Source of the DNA: a virus
Strand: one strand, 5' to 3'
Virus record (IMG/VR): IMGVR_UViG_3300009085_000003
Coordinates: 15,570-79,569 of that record
Length of the DNA: 64,000 nt
Below are positions 19,802-29,802 of this stretch, one piece after another. Within the stretch, counting starts at the first letter, position 1. Every line of letters begins with the position of its first letter. A program made the translations under genes and the position numbers. The notes under the pieces are model-generated. The model saw only the letters and a program-made list of their open reading frames with translations, ran no database searches and had not been told where the DNA came from.

Positions 19802-21259
19802 CTAGTTATTCTCTGGGACAGGCGAATAGTAGCTCGGGATAGTGGTATCGCCTGCGGTCTTACCGCCATTGACGAAGTAGCCACTATCGGTGAACGGTGA
19901 ACGTTCGTGTGCCAGAGGTGCGTATCCGACATTATCAATCCGTGCCGCCAGATACGGGGTGAGCAGCATGAGCCGGGGCTCGGTCTTGGCAAGCACCTGA
20001 ACACAGAAATTGTTCGGTGGCTTCTTGTGCCACATAAAGCGACCGCTATCTGTGGTGTAGAAGCTGCCATCCGGGGCGAACAGGTTCGCCATTGCCATGG
20101 CACCGTTCGGTGAGTCGTAGCTAAAGTATTCCATGTAGGTCACTGGCATACGACCGAGAACGGTCATGGGCAGGATAAAGACCCCAGCCGAGAACACGCC
20201 CGGAGCCACTTCGGTTTCGGGGATTGCATCGTCCAAAACCACCGGGACTTTCTGACCGTCGATGAGCAGGTACTGACCTGTATATTCATACAGGTTGCCA
20301 CGCATTTCATCGCGCATCCGTTCCACGTCAGCTGAGTTAAGTGACAGTTCCGCTGAATTCAGGGTCTGGCAGCGATAGCTCAGGTAAGTGCACGGGTAGC
20401 TCTCTGTGATTGCATAGAACAGAGAGAACGGCATGACGATTTTCCATGACACCGGGTCAAGCCCAGCGCGGGAGGCAAGCCATTTCAGGTTGCGCATGGT
20501 GCTGGTAATCAGGCGGATAAAGCCCTCAGCATCGTCCTCGATTTGAACGTCGTTATAGTCGTAGACAATGGAGTCAGCTGCCGGGCAAGCGACGCCAGTT
20601 TCAGCATCCTGATACCCAGTATTGACCAGAGTCTCCAGACCCCAGAATTCACGATACCCGCCGCCCGCCGTGTTATTGGTGGGTGTACCGGTGTAGAGAA
20701 TCCGGGCGAAGTCACGCGACCACGTGACACCGAGCTCAAACAGAGCCTTGGCAATTTCATTCTGAGCAGCTTTCGCAGCGTCAAAACCGATGATGCCGGG
20801 GGTCTGGGGATTATCGCCAGCGCCAGCAAACGGATTGCCGTAGATGTCAAAATCGGTGAATTCTCCCCGATTAGTGACACGTCCCGCGCGGTCTACGTCG
20901 TAGACCTTGGTCATGCGGGAGAACCGACCAAACACAAAGCTGTGGGTGCACAGCTTCATGACACCAGTCACGGGCGGGTCATCACAGACACCGGTCGGCT
21001 CATCGCCTGACGATGCGGTGACACCAGTGATGATGCCATACAACGGGTTGGTCTCATTCGCTGCTTTGACCGGAAGCTGAGCTTGCAGACCCAGCTTGGG
21101 CAGAACCATTGCTGAGAACAACGGCTTTGATAATCCGGGGCTTGAGAACAAGCCACCCATACCGTGTCCCATCGTTGCAGACGGGGTACTGGATGGAACG
21201 TCTTTCAGGCTCACGGTGGAGAGCAGCGATTTCGCTAGTTTTTCGTAATCAATGTCCAT
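19802..21259 (-). CDS. Major capsid protein
   Basis: 485 aa directly after the protease/scaffold gene; strong RBS; terminator downstream. Confidence 0.8.
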   Translation of the reverse strand: MDIDYEKLAKSLLSTVSLKDVPSSTPSATMGHGMGGLFSSPGLSKPLFSAMVLPKLGLQAQLPVKAANETNPLYGIITGVTASSGDEPTGVCDDPPVTGVMKLCTHSFVFGRFSRMTKVYDVDRAGRVTNRGEFTDFDIYGNPFAGAGDNPQTPGIIGFDAAKAAQNEIAKALFELGVTWSRDFARILYTGTPTNNTAGGGYREFWGLETLVNTGYQDAETGVACPAADSIVYDYNDVQIEDDAEGFIRLITSTMRNLKWLASRAGLDPVSWKIVMPFSLFYAITESYPCTYLSYRCQTLNSAELSLNSADVERMRDEMRGNLYEYTGQYLLIDGQKVPVVLDDAIPETEVAPGVFSAGVFILPMTVLGRMPVTYMEYFSYDSPNGAMAMANLFAPDGSFYTTDSGRFMWHKKPPNNFCVQVLAKTEPRLMLLTPYLAARIDNVGYAPLAHERSPFTDSGYFVNGGKTAGDTTIPSYYSPVPENN

Positions 21260-21302
21260 AGGTTTTCTCCTTAGATAAAGGTTTATTTTTTATGTCCGCC
21301 AT

Positions 21303-23348
21303 CTACTGTGGGATGGTCGGCAAAACAAATTGCATGAAGTCATCAATCGGAGTAGATTTCTTCATGTCAACGTTTTTAAACTTGTTGACCACATCCTCGG
21401 CGGTCAGGGTGTTTGTGACCGAGTTGGACGCAATATACTTATCAGAACCCTTTTCCCGAGAGTTCTTGGGCATATTGCCTTCGAGACTTTCCAGACGCGA
21501 GGCGATTTCCTTGGTGGCTGCCTGACTGGATTGCAAAGCCTCTTTGAGCGCCGTGATTTGGTCGTCCCGGCTCTTGGTCTCTTTGGCGGCACTGGCTTGG
21601 ATAGCCTCAGCCGAGTTGATGAAAGGCTGAATCGCTGATGCAAGAGCATCGCTCAACACCGTGGCGAACTGCCCCATGGAGAGGTCGGATAACTTGAGGT
21701 TATCAGCTTCTTTGCCAACTGCCGCCTCATCAGCAACAGGTGCCTCGGGCTCCGCAGCAGGTTCTGGTTTTTCAACCTCGGGCTCCGCAGCAGGTTTTTC
21801 CTCGGGCGTTTCGGCAGCCTCAGCCTCGGGTTTTTCGGTTACCTCGGCTTCGGGTTTTTCTTCGTCCTCGTCCTTTTTGGCTGGCTCAGATTCCTTATAA
21901 GCCAGACCACTCATTTCAGCCGCCTTGGTGACCTTGGTTGCATTATCAATCACATCCGCAACCAAGCCATCATCGGCAAGCAGCTTCTTGAATTCATCGA
22001 GTTTTTTATTGATAGACGTCATACTGTCATCTCCTTGTTTTACTGCAAAGGCAGTGAGTATATTACTTGCATATCCGGCTGGCAGGATGGAGCGCTCAAA
22101 GCGCCGGATGTTATGAAACACACCTTGCTCATCGGGTTCGTTGATGGGGTGTGTGAATCCCAGTGAAACTTGCAGGTCGGACGATGATTCTTTTATCGCC
22201 ATGGCAACCCGCGGGTCAAAGAATATCCCGGACTCGATAAGTACCCGGTCGTAGACCATGTTGAAATCACAGACGCCGATATCGACACCGGGCACGTGCC
22301 ACCAGCGCAACGTTCCGTAATCACCATCGCCGTCTGCCCGGTCACAATCAGCCTCCAGCGCCTTGGTTGAGACAATCTCACGGTCTCGGTCGATGAAAGC
22401 AGTGGACGATATCGCAACCCAGCGGTCTTGGTTCCGGGCATCCTTGAATACCACCATGCTGCCGCGACCGCCAGTGACATCCGCATCATCATCGTTGAAT
22501 CCAACAGGTGGAATGGATTCTTTCGCGGCTCGACCAATACCGAACAAACGTTCGACCCACCCCTTGACCCCATAGGTTTCGGTTTTTTCAATCGATTCTT
22601 TGCGGCTCTTGGGGTGCTCGCTCGGATAGATGCCTGTCACAATCTTATGCGCTCGAGCGGCAATCGCCTTACGCGCCTCTGGCTCATACCTTGCCAGCTC
22701 ATCGGAGCCCGCGACCTTCGTGAAAAAGTCCGGGTCTCCGCCATACTTGTTTGCCAGATGCTTGGCAAGTCCAGCCATGTTGCCAGCGCCTTTTGTCTTG
22801 CTTGATTCTTTCCATAGGATATTATCCCGAATGAAAGATAGCGGGAACTCAGTATTATCAATCATCTCTACCTCAGGCGCCGCTACCGCAACTGGGGACG
22901 GCAATGCGACCCACTGTTTTTCTACCGGATAGGGTTCGCCACGAAACACGATTTGGCTACCCTCGAACAACTCAAAGTCCATCCGGTAGTATAGGTTGGT
23001 GGGTATAGGGCTGGTCAGAGCGGCAGGAGTATTGGGGCTGCCAGTAACAGTGCTCTTGAGACCAGCACGAATAACAGCGTGGTCATCGTAAGTATCCACA
23101 ACATAATAAACCGTCATATCACCGGGCACACCGGCGAAAAATCGTTCAACGTGCCGTACAACTTCACTATCAATATAAGCCGATAAATCCTGTATCGAAA
23201 GTTCTTTTTTAGCATCCGATACGTTGGCATACAAAGCCTTGACCTGAGCCTCAGCCTTGTCCTGACCGTCGTGCGTGCCAACCACCTTGCCGGTGTCCTT
23301 GGCAATCACAACCCATTTTTCACCACGTTTCATCGCTTTATACGGCAT
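21303..23348 (-). CDS. Prohead protease / scaffold fusion
   Basis: DRDREIV..WWH..SLGF..ERSILP..ASN core like HK97-type maturation proteases; acidic Pro/Glu linker and coiled-coil C-terminus. Confidence 0.8.
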   Translation of the reverse strand: MPYKAMKRGEKWVVIAKDTGKVVGTHDGQDKAEAQVKALYANVSDAKKELSIQDLSAYIDSEVVRHVERFFAGVPGDMTVYYVVDTYDDHAVIRAGLKSTVTGSPNTPAALTSPIPTNLYYRMDFELFEGSQIVFRGEPYPVEKQWVALPSPVAVAAPEVEMIDNTEFPLSFIRDNILWKESSKTKGAGNMAGLAKHLANKYGGDPDFFTKVAGSDELARYEPEARKAIAARAHKIVTGIYPSEHPKSRKESIEKTETYGVKGWVERLFGIGRAAKESIPPVGFNDDDADVTGGRGSMVVFKDARNQDRWVAISSTAFIDRDREIVSTKALEADCDRADGDGDYGTLRWWHVPGVDIGVCDFNMVYDRVLIESGIFFDPRVAMAIKESSSDLQVSLGFTHPINEPDEQGVFHNIRRFERSILPAGYASNILTAFAVKQGDDSMTSINKKLDEFKKLLADDGLVADVIDNATKVTKAAEMSGLAYKESEPAKKDEDEEKPEAEVTEKPEAEAAETPEEKPAAEPEVEKPEPAAEPEAPVADEAAVGKEADNLKLSDLSMGQFATVLSDALASAIQPFINSAEAIQASAAKETKSRDDQITALKEALQSSQAATKEIASRLESLEGNMPKNSREKGSDKYIASNSVTNTLTAEDVVNKFKNVDMKKSTPIDDFMQFVLPTIPQ

Positions 23349-23391
23349 CTGTCTTTGACTCCACAATATTGTCAGTTTATGACAATGTAAT

Positions 23392-23494
23392 AAAATAGCA
23401 CCTCGGTCTGGTTAAGACGCGGGGTGCTAAGTCCCGCTGCACTGTCCCTGTAGAACAGCCCAGCAAATGTGTGAAACTTACCTGTATTATAGCA
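23392..23494 (-). promoter_or_regulatory. Extended -10 promoter and leader terminator upstream of the protease-capsid operon
   Basis: TGCTATAAT at 23494-23486; hairpin TAGCACC...GGTGCTA then TTTT (23429-23392). Confidence 0.5.
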
Positions 23495-23498
23495 TAAT

Positions 23499-23723
23499 TT
23501 ACGACATTGTTACCACAGGTCTCCACTGACCTGTCTCACCGCAGTGTCTGCATATGAACGTTACCCGCAATGGGAACGCGGCATTATCAATATACAACCG
23601 AAAGCCATCGGTTTCACCGATGACCGAATCGCAATGGCGGCAGTGGAAGTCTTTTAACGGGACTCCTGCTTTGCTACAGTCGCCATGGATTTTTGAATCA
23701 TTTTTGGGAGTCTCTTTGTCCAT
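23499..23723 (-). CDS. Small zinc-ribbon protein (Mu Com-like regulator, putative)
   Basis: CRHC-x25-CRHC, 74 aa. Confidence 0.55.
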   Translation of the reverse strand: MDKETPKNDSKIHGDCSKAGVPLKDFHCRHCDSVIGETDGFRLYIDNAAFPLRVTFICRHCGETGQWRPVVTMS

Positions 23724-24115
23724 TTTTCACCTATAACTTTACTAAACTCACGTGCTTGGATACCGGGCAGGTTAATGTTCTTGTTTACAATGACGCCGCT
23801 GAATTTACCCTTGCGTGAGCGTATCTGTCCGGGAACGGTCTTGGCGACGAACGGCGGCAGCATCAAGGCGTGTCTTACCCGCGTGCCACGGTCGATATAT
23901 TTGAAGATATCCTGCGTGGTGAAGATGTCACGCACGTTTGGTTTCGTCGCTTCGATGACGAACAGGGGCTGGTTAATCCACGTTTGTGTGACCACCTTGT
24001 AATCGATACGCACATCCTCGGCAGCCTCGTCCAGTGCCCGACCGATACCCTTGAGGTACAAGCCGGGGTCTAGAAACGAGTTCGGTGGAACGTGAATTCG
24101 TGCCCCAAATCTCAT
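23654..24115 (-). CDS. Basic virion morphogenesis protein (HK97 gp10-like, putative)
   Basis: FKYIDRGTR..PGIQAREF motif resembling the YVEYGT..PG.F pattern. Confidence 0.45.
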   Translation of the reverse strand: MRFGARIHVPPNSFLDPGLYLKGIGRALDEAAEDVRIDYKVVTQTWINQPLFVIEATKPNVRDIFTTQDIFKYIDRGTRVRHALMLPPFVAKTVPGQIRSRKGKFSGVIVNKNINLPGIQAREFSKVIGEKWTKRLPKMIQKSMATVAKQESR

Positions 24116-25764
24116 TCAGCCAATCTCCTTAATCCATTCACCATATTGCGGTAAATATCACTACCAAGATTATACGCCTTATGCTGGGCTTTCGTTGTGA
24201 CCACTTGCGTTTCCAGCAAGGTTCGTCCACCCATCTTGAGCAGCCATGACAGGCTCTTGGATGGGTCGATGTGATACGTCTTGGCAAACTTCGCAAACTG
24301 CGCCTGACCCAAGTCGAGGATTTTCTGTAACGTGGTCGCGCGAGCATCCTGCCGCATATAGACTCGCAGGAACCCACCCTCCGGGGCGTCCTGCCACTCG
24401 AACGAATCGACATTGCCACCCAGCATCCCAAGCGTAAATTTGGGGGTCTTGGGGTTCAGGTCTTGTTTCGTAGCTTGAATCAGCGCAGCCTGAATCTCGG
24501 GCGACAGGTCGGATGCCTTGATGTTTTTTATCATTAATGCCTTAGCTTGCTCAACGTCAATCTTACCGCTGCCTAGGTCAGCCAGAACATCGGTGTTGCC
24601 GGGCACAAGGCGGAACAGGGCGGGCAGCTTCTCCTTTTGGAACAGTGCCAGATTGTCAGCCACCGAAATGGCAGTGCCAATCGGGTTGCCCTCCCAGTTG
24701 ATGTCGGTCGATGCGTGGTTCGCTATCTCGATTGCAATCGCATCAGCCACACGGCTGCCAAACGCCTCCTCAATATCCGGGCGCACGTTCACGTTATAAT
24801 TCTCAGCTCCCCAGCGGGGATGTCCCATATCAAGGAATACAGCAGCGGGGTCAGTCAGATACCCAGCGTCGTGATAAATGTTCGCTATATAGGCTTGTGC
24901 GATATCAGTCGGGGTGTCCGAGCCCGGCACCTGTTTGAGTATTTCAGTGGCGAACTCGATATTGCCTCGGATATGATTGATGCCATGGTCACCCAGCTGG
25001 CGCTTCATTGCCTCGTTGTCTTGGACTGCCAATGCATCGGCAGCGTCCATGGCGATTTTGTGTCGCAGTTCTGGTGACGCGTTTGTGTTGACTAAAATAT
25101 CGTCCAGTTCATACAGCGTCTCGGCAATCACTTTAGCTGAGTCTTTATGGATGAACTTATCGGTCAGTTGTGTCATGCGCTCATCGACCGCAGCACGAAC
25201 ATCATTATCATTCAGCTTGGGTCGCTCCCCAAACTCAGCAAGGCGCTCTTTGATGATTTCTGGAATCCGTTTCCCGGCATCTGCCATACGGTCTTGGGCA
25301 TCAGCTCCAGCCTCAGTCCACTTAGCGCGTCGCTCATCCATGTCCATCTTCGCCCATTCAGCTTGGTCGAACGCGATAGCGGGCTTGTTCTGTACCATGA
25401 AATTTGGTTCGTCGAGTTTTTTGGCACCATGCTCACTGGCAAGTTTATCAAACTTCTCCAGCATCACCTTGCGCATCGACGCAGCCCGCTCTTGCTGCTC
25501 AGGTGTTTTGGGCTGGGCGGATGGCTGCGCAGCGGGAGTAGCCTCGGTAGCGGTGACTGGGCTGGACTCACCCTTGGGTTGGCTGCCGCCACGCTTGCCG
25601 GGAATACCAGCATGACCGCGGTTGCCGGAGCCAGCCCCGCCCTTTTCGCGCGTCCCAGACATGCTGCGCTTCACGGCAGCATCAATCTGCTCCGGGGTTG
25701 CCGTGTAAACGTTCAGCCCCTCGCGTTGCAGTTCATCTTCGAGTCCATCTAATTTGTATACCAT
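24112..25764 (-). CDS. Tagged HD-domain phosphohydrolase
   Basis: Tag at aa 41-61; DHGINH..HDAGY..HPRWG..NHAS..ADNL gives the H-HD-H-H-D metal ligands. Confidence 0.75.
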   Translation of the reverse strand: MVYKLDGLEDELQREGLNVYTATPEQIDAAVKRSMSGTREKGGAGSGNRGHAGIPGKRGGSQPKGESSPVTATEATPAAQPSAQPKTPEQQERAASMRKVMLEKFDKLASEHGAKKLDEPNFMVQNKPAIAFDQAEWAKMDMDERRAKWTEAGADAQDRMADAGKRIPEIIKERLAEFGERPKLNDNDVRAAVDERMTQLTDKFIHKDSAKVIAETLYELDDILVNTNASPELRHKIAMDAADALAVQDNEAMKRQLGDHGINHIRGNIEFATEILKQVPGSDTPTDIAQAYIANIYHDAGYLTDPAAVFLDMGHPRWGAENYNVNVRPDIEEAFGSRVADAIAIEIANHASTDINWEGNPIGTAISVADNLALFQKEKLPALFRLVPGNTDVLADLGSGKIDVEQAKALMIKNIKASDLSPEIQAALIQATKQDLNPKTPKFTLGMLGGNVDSFEWQDAPEGGFLRVYMRQDARATTLQKILDLGQAQFAKFAKTYHIDPSKSLSWLLKMGGRTLLETQVVTTKAQHKAYNLGSDIYRNMVNGLRRLAE

Positions 25765-25774
25765 GTGTCCACCT

Positions 25775-26956
25775 CTATGTCTCAGAACCTAATACATAAT
25801 TATCAAACATCAAATCATCCAGACTTATACCACAGTAGTTGTTCAGCAAATGATTGATTTTGTTGGTTTCAACGGGCGAGAACTGCCGGAGCAGATTTGT
25901 CCACCCGTTGGAGCCACTTTGCCACTTCAGTTTTTGGTCTGTGATATTACATGCCACCAGATGTATCAAGCCACGCACCTCGACAATAATTTCAGCGATT
26001 TTGTCAGGCGAATATCCCTTAGCTTGGAGCATGGTGCGAAACAAAGCCACTGTATCGTCGAGTACCACGCGGTAGGTACTATCCGCTCCGCTGCCTATCC
26101 GCCCCGCTATCTTTCCAAAAATTTTGGCTATCTCGCTGTACACCTCGCCGCCAGCGTCGTTACCGCTCTCGTTTGACACGTTCTTGGCTGCCTCGGGCAA
26201 CGTCAGTATCTGGACGGCATACGCAACTTCGTCATTAATACCGGATATCGTTGAGATGCACTGGATAGACCGGGCACCGCTAACCACCGCCATGGCAATA
26301 TCAGCAGATGACAAGGTGGACGCAGTTCCCAGCAGCTGGCGCTCCGCAAGCGCAGCGACGTGCGTGTATATTTGTTCGCCCTCCTCTTGACCATATTTGC
26401 GAATCAGGGTCTCTCGCGCTATATCAAAGTCGTACTCGTTATTCTTGGGATGACAGTGGAGTAGGGTCATGTCATCAAAACGCGCGATATCGTCGTCGGC
26501 GAACGCTATAGAGTGAGCACCGCCTCGCGCCTCGTGTATGATTTCCCCTTTCGGGTTCAGGACAAACGCATACTCCCTACCACCAGATATCTCACCCTGA
26601 CGCATCGCCTCCTTAAGGAGCTCGTTGGTGAGCGCCCGGAACTCCAATGAATTCGTTGGCAGCTTCTCCGATTTTAGTGGGTCGGGAGCCCCGCCTGTCT
26701 CTGGTTTAGGATTATCAATCGGAGCTGCGTGCTCGCCTTTGGGGAGAGACCCACCTCGCTTACCGGGTCTACCGGCGTGACCACGGTTACCAGAACTGGC
26801 GCTGCCTTTTTCGGAAATCGGGGAAAGTTCCCGCTCTGACGCGAGTAAATCATCTAACGCCTGCTGGGTAATATCGGCGTCGTCATAACCGGCTTCTAGA
26901 TATTTCAGCCAGTCGTCATTAAGCTCAGAGTTGTTAACAAAGTTCCTTGGTGTCAT
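25775..26956 (-). CDS. Tagged JAB/MPN-like metallo-isopeptidase
   Basis: Tag at aa 50-70; REYAF (E)..LHCHP (HxH)..LSSADI (SxxD). Confidence 0.65.
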   Translation of the reverse strand: MTPRNFVNNSELNDDWLKYLEAGYDDADITQQALDDLLASERELSPISEKGSASSGNRGHAGRPGKRGGSLPKGEHAAPIDNPKPETGGAPDPLKSEKLPTNSLEFRALTNELLKEAMRQGEISGGREYAFVLNPKGEIIHEARGGAHSIAFADDDIARFDDMTLLHCHPKNNEYDFDIARETLIRKYGQEEGEQIYTHVAALAERQLLGTASTLSSADIAMAVVSGARSIQCISTISGINDEVAYAVQILTLPEAAKNVSNESGNDAGGEVYSEIAKIFGKIAGRIGSGADSTYRVVLDDTVALFRTMLQAKGYSPDKIAEIIVEVRGLIHLVACNITDQKLKWQSGSNGWTNLLRQFSPVETNKINHLLNNYCGISLDDLMFDNYVLGSET

Positions 26957-29802
26957 GTGACTCCTACTATAAACGGATTATCATTCATTATAACAAACTC
27001 CAATTCGTTCAGACACCCAAAGCCAGTTAGGGCATTACAGAAAATTCGGCTGATGGGCACTCTGGCAGAGAACACGTAAGCTGAATTGCCGCTACTGTGA
27101 CCATCACCAAATGTATACGCAATACCAACCGAGGATGTCCATGCCTCCATCGCGTTGCCATGATATAGCGCCGTATCGTACTTGTCAATACCAGCCCTAC
27201 CCGCCTCAAAATTGATGTCTCCGATAGCTCTGGGTACCTCCAAATCGATAAAGCCTCGATAAAGCACAAGGGTGTCAGTCGGTTTGTATCCCATTTTGGC
27301 GAACCACGCCTGTGTTTGGCGATATATCGCTCGCAGCAACGCGCGTGCCTCGGCATTGGTCAATAGCATCATATGTTCGGAGCGGATGTCCATCTTCTCA
27401 TCCGATGTCGACAGCTCCCCCTTCGCCAAGGTGTCCGCAACGAATACCGTGAGACGAGCGAGGTTTCTCTGCTTCTCGTCAGGGAACACGTCCGCAAAAT
27501 TGCCCTCCAGCATATCATTGAGCGGAGACGGGTACAGGGCGGTGATATCGACACCGGTCTCGGCTGCGTATTGCTCTGCCAACACCGTAACTTTTTCATG
27601 TAAGGCACGGGCAATACTCCGAACGGAGTCCTCGGTTCCGATACTCCCCTTGTCACCATCCGGCACGTTGTATAGAAACCCGCGTATGATGCTACTTTCG
27701 GTTTCGTGGATGTAGGCGTAGTATTTTGATGTATCGGTAACTCCGGCTGCCGCCAGAGCTTCGTAAGCTACGGCTTGTAGTTCGTCATAATACTTGGTCA
27801 GAAAATCGCTCTTGGGTTGTACAGCGGCGTATTTCTGTTCTTGCCACTGCGACATATTAGCGCCAAACTCGTCCTTCATCGCCTTTTGCAGACCCAGCAT
27901 CATGGCATTATTATCATTCGAGCTGTGCGCCCAGCACTTAATAGCCGTACTCACTAGGGTCGGACTAATCCCAGTCTCTTGACTTAGGGTACTAATCACG
28001 TTCTTTTTAGCTTCCACACGCGCCACATTTAGTAGAGCCTCAACTTGCCCTTTATAGGTACCAGCTACAATCTGCCTAGAGAGCTCATCACGGTATTTGG
28101 TCGCCATGTCCACCATGTAGGCTGACTCGGGATGCTTGGTGTAATGTTGTAGAAATTCTGGCGTGAGGTATTTGTCCAACATGAGCATCTCACGCTCGAG
28201 GGCGATTCGGCTCCTGTCGTCCCGGTCGCCTTTCTGAGTTCTATCAAACGGGGTAATATCCGCAAAATACTCCCCACTGCTTTGGCTTCCGCCCACCGCT
28301 ACCGGTCGTGACGCCCCCTTTGGGGCGCTGCCGCCACGTTTGCCAAGGATGCCAACATGCCCATGGTGCCCAGAGCCAGTGCCACCTTTGAATGCAGCAA
28401 CCTTGCCTTGGAGAATCCCCATGATGAATGCAAACATATCCGGGTCTTGGCGTGCCAATCGCCATGGGCTGACCGCGAATATCTCAAAAGCGCAGGACAG
28501 CAACTCGGTGCTCCCGTTCTGGTAGGAGGTAGTCATATACTCGAACAAGGGCGGCTTGTTCCGAGCTTCCAGCCGGTCTCGGTATTCGTTCAGTAACGCC
28601 CGGTCGTCGTCGTATAGCAGATATTCAATAGCGTGACCATACTCATGCGCGACCGTTGCCTTGAGCTCATCGTCCATGGTATCCACATCGAGGTCAGTCT
28701 CTCGGTCGGTGTATGGATAATTTTCCCGTGTTGGTAAGAGCTCAGAGTACCCAGCCAGAGCCCGCAGCTCGGGAACCACCTCATAAGGAATGTTCATTTG
28801 CGTATTGGTATCATCGTAGTTAGCGCCACTATTAAACATACTGTACTTTAAGTTTACGCCAATCATGGGCTGGGTTTCGTCCACCACATCATAATTGACC
28901 AGCGAGTCGACTTCTGTAATCGCATCATATATTTTCTGGTCGATAGCATCTCGAATTTCCGGCGTCAGTTGCTTGAGCACCCTATCAGGATAATTATGCA
29001 TCACGTCCACGGTCTCATACTTGTTCAGATACTGGGTGGTGTCAACACCAAACATATCGACGAACTGGCGTTGCATCTTGTGTTGCAGGGCTTGAGACAC
29101 CTCTCGAGCCTTGGTATAGCGCTCCATGGCTGTCGATAGTTCATCGACCGCGTTCTGCATCACATCAGCTGCATGTTCGCCAAGGTACTTTTTTGCCTTG
29201 GCGTAAGAGTCTATAGCGACCACGCGTATCGGTTTCGATGGAATCTTGGCTGTGATATCAAATCCCGCATTACGCCACGCAGCGTTAGGCATATTATCAA
29301 GGTGTATATTTGGGTAGAACGCACCCTCAGCTCGAAACGCGATTGTCCAGTCCTCCGACACTTCATACTCGCCCAGCTCCAGCATATCCAGTACCTCGCC
29401 GTTACCAGCCCGCCACGCTGACATCACCGCGTCGAGCTGCTTGTGAGTCTCGGCATACGCTGCCGTGTACTGAGTCAGGTCTTTATCAATCGCTTTCATG
29501 TATGCGTCTAGATAGGTCTTGCCAATCGCCTTGGTCTGACGCAGTTTTGCCGTGAGTCCCTTTTGGTCGTAGTACCGATGCCGCACAGACGGGATATCGT
29601 ACGACGGGATATCACGCTTTCCCTGCCCCCGCTCCCCCTTGGGTAACGACCCGCCACGTATCCCCGGACGACCCGCATGTCCCCAGTTTCCGGAGCTGGC
29701 ACCACCTTTTACAGTGGCGCCAGTTCCCCATACAGCTGGGTCGATGATATCGATGTCAATCGATAACGGGATTCCGGGAACCGCGACGTTATTGTTTTTC
29801 AT
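26953..29802 (-). CDS. Two-module tagged protein: zincin metallopeptidase + R-S-E-type ADP-ribosyltransferase
   Basis: Two tags; HEYGH..ELLSCAFE; LYRGF..WTSS..ELEF. Confidence 0.75.
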   Translation of the reverse strand: MKNNNVAVPGIPLSIDIDIIDPAVWGTGATVKGGASSGNWGHAGRPGIRGGSLPKGERGQGKRDIPSYDIPSVRHRYYDQKGLTAKLRQTKAIGKTYLDAYMKAIDKDLTQYTAAYAETHKQLDAVMSAWRAGNGEVLDMLELGEYEVSEDWTIAFRAEGAFYPNIHLDNMPNAAWRNAGFDITAKIPSKPIRVVAIDSYAKAKKYLGEHAADVMQNAVDELSTAMERYTKAREVSQALQHKMQRQFVDMFGVDTTQYLNKYETVDVMHNYPDRVLKQLTPEIRDAIDQKIYDAITEVDSLVNYDVVDETQPMIGVNLKYSMFNSGANYDDTNTQMNIPYEVVPELRALAGYSELLPTRENYPYTDRETDLDVDTMDDELKATVAHEYGHAIEYLLYDDDRALLNEYRDRLEARNKPPLFEYMTTSYQNGSTELLSCAFEIFAVSPWRLARQDPDMFAFIMGILQGKVAAFKGGTGSGHHGHVGILGKRGGSAPKGASRPVAVGGSQSSGEYFADITPFDRTQKGDRDDRSRIALEREMLMLDKYLTPEFLQHYTKHPESAYMVDMATKYRDELSRQIVAGTYKGQVEALLNVARVEAKKNVISTLSQETGISPTLVSTAIKCWAHSSNDNNAMMLGLQKAMKDEFGANMSQWQEQKYAAVQPKSDFLTKYYDELQAVAYEALAAAGVTDTSKYYAYIHETESSIIRGFLYNVPDGDKGSIGTEDSVRSIARALHEKVTVLAEQYAAETGVDITALYPSPLNDMLEGNFADVFPDEKQRNLARLTVFVADTLAKGELSTSDEKMDIRSEHMMLLTNAEARALLRAIYRQTQAWFAKMGYKPTDTLVLYRGFIDLEVPRAIGDINFEAGRAGIDKYDTALYHGNAMEAWTSSVGIAYTFGDGHSSGNSAYVFSARVPISRIFCNALTGFGCLNELEFVIMNDNPFIVGVT

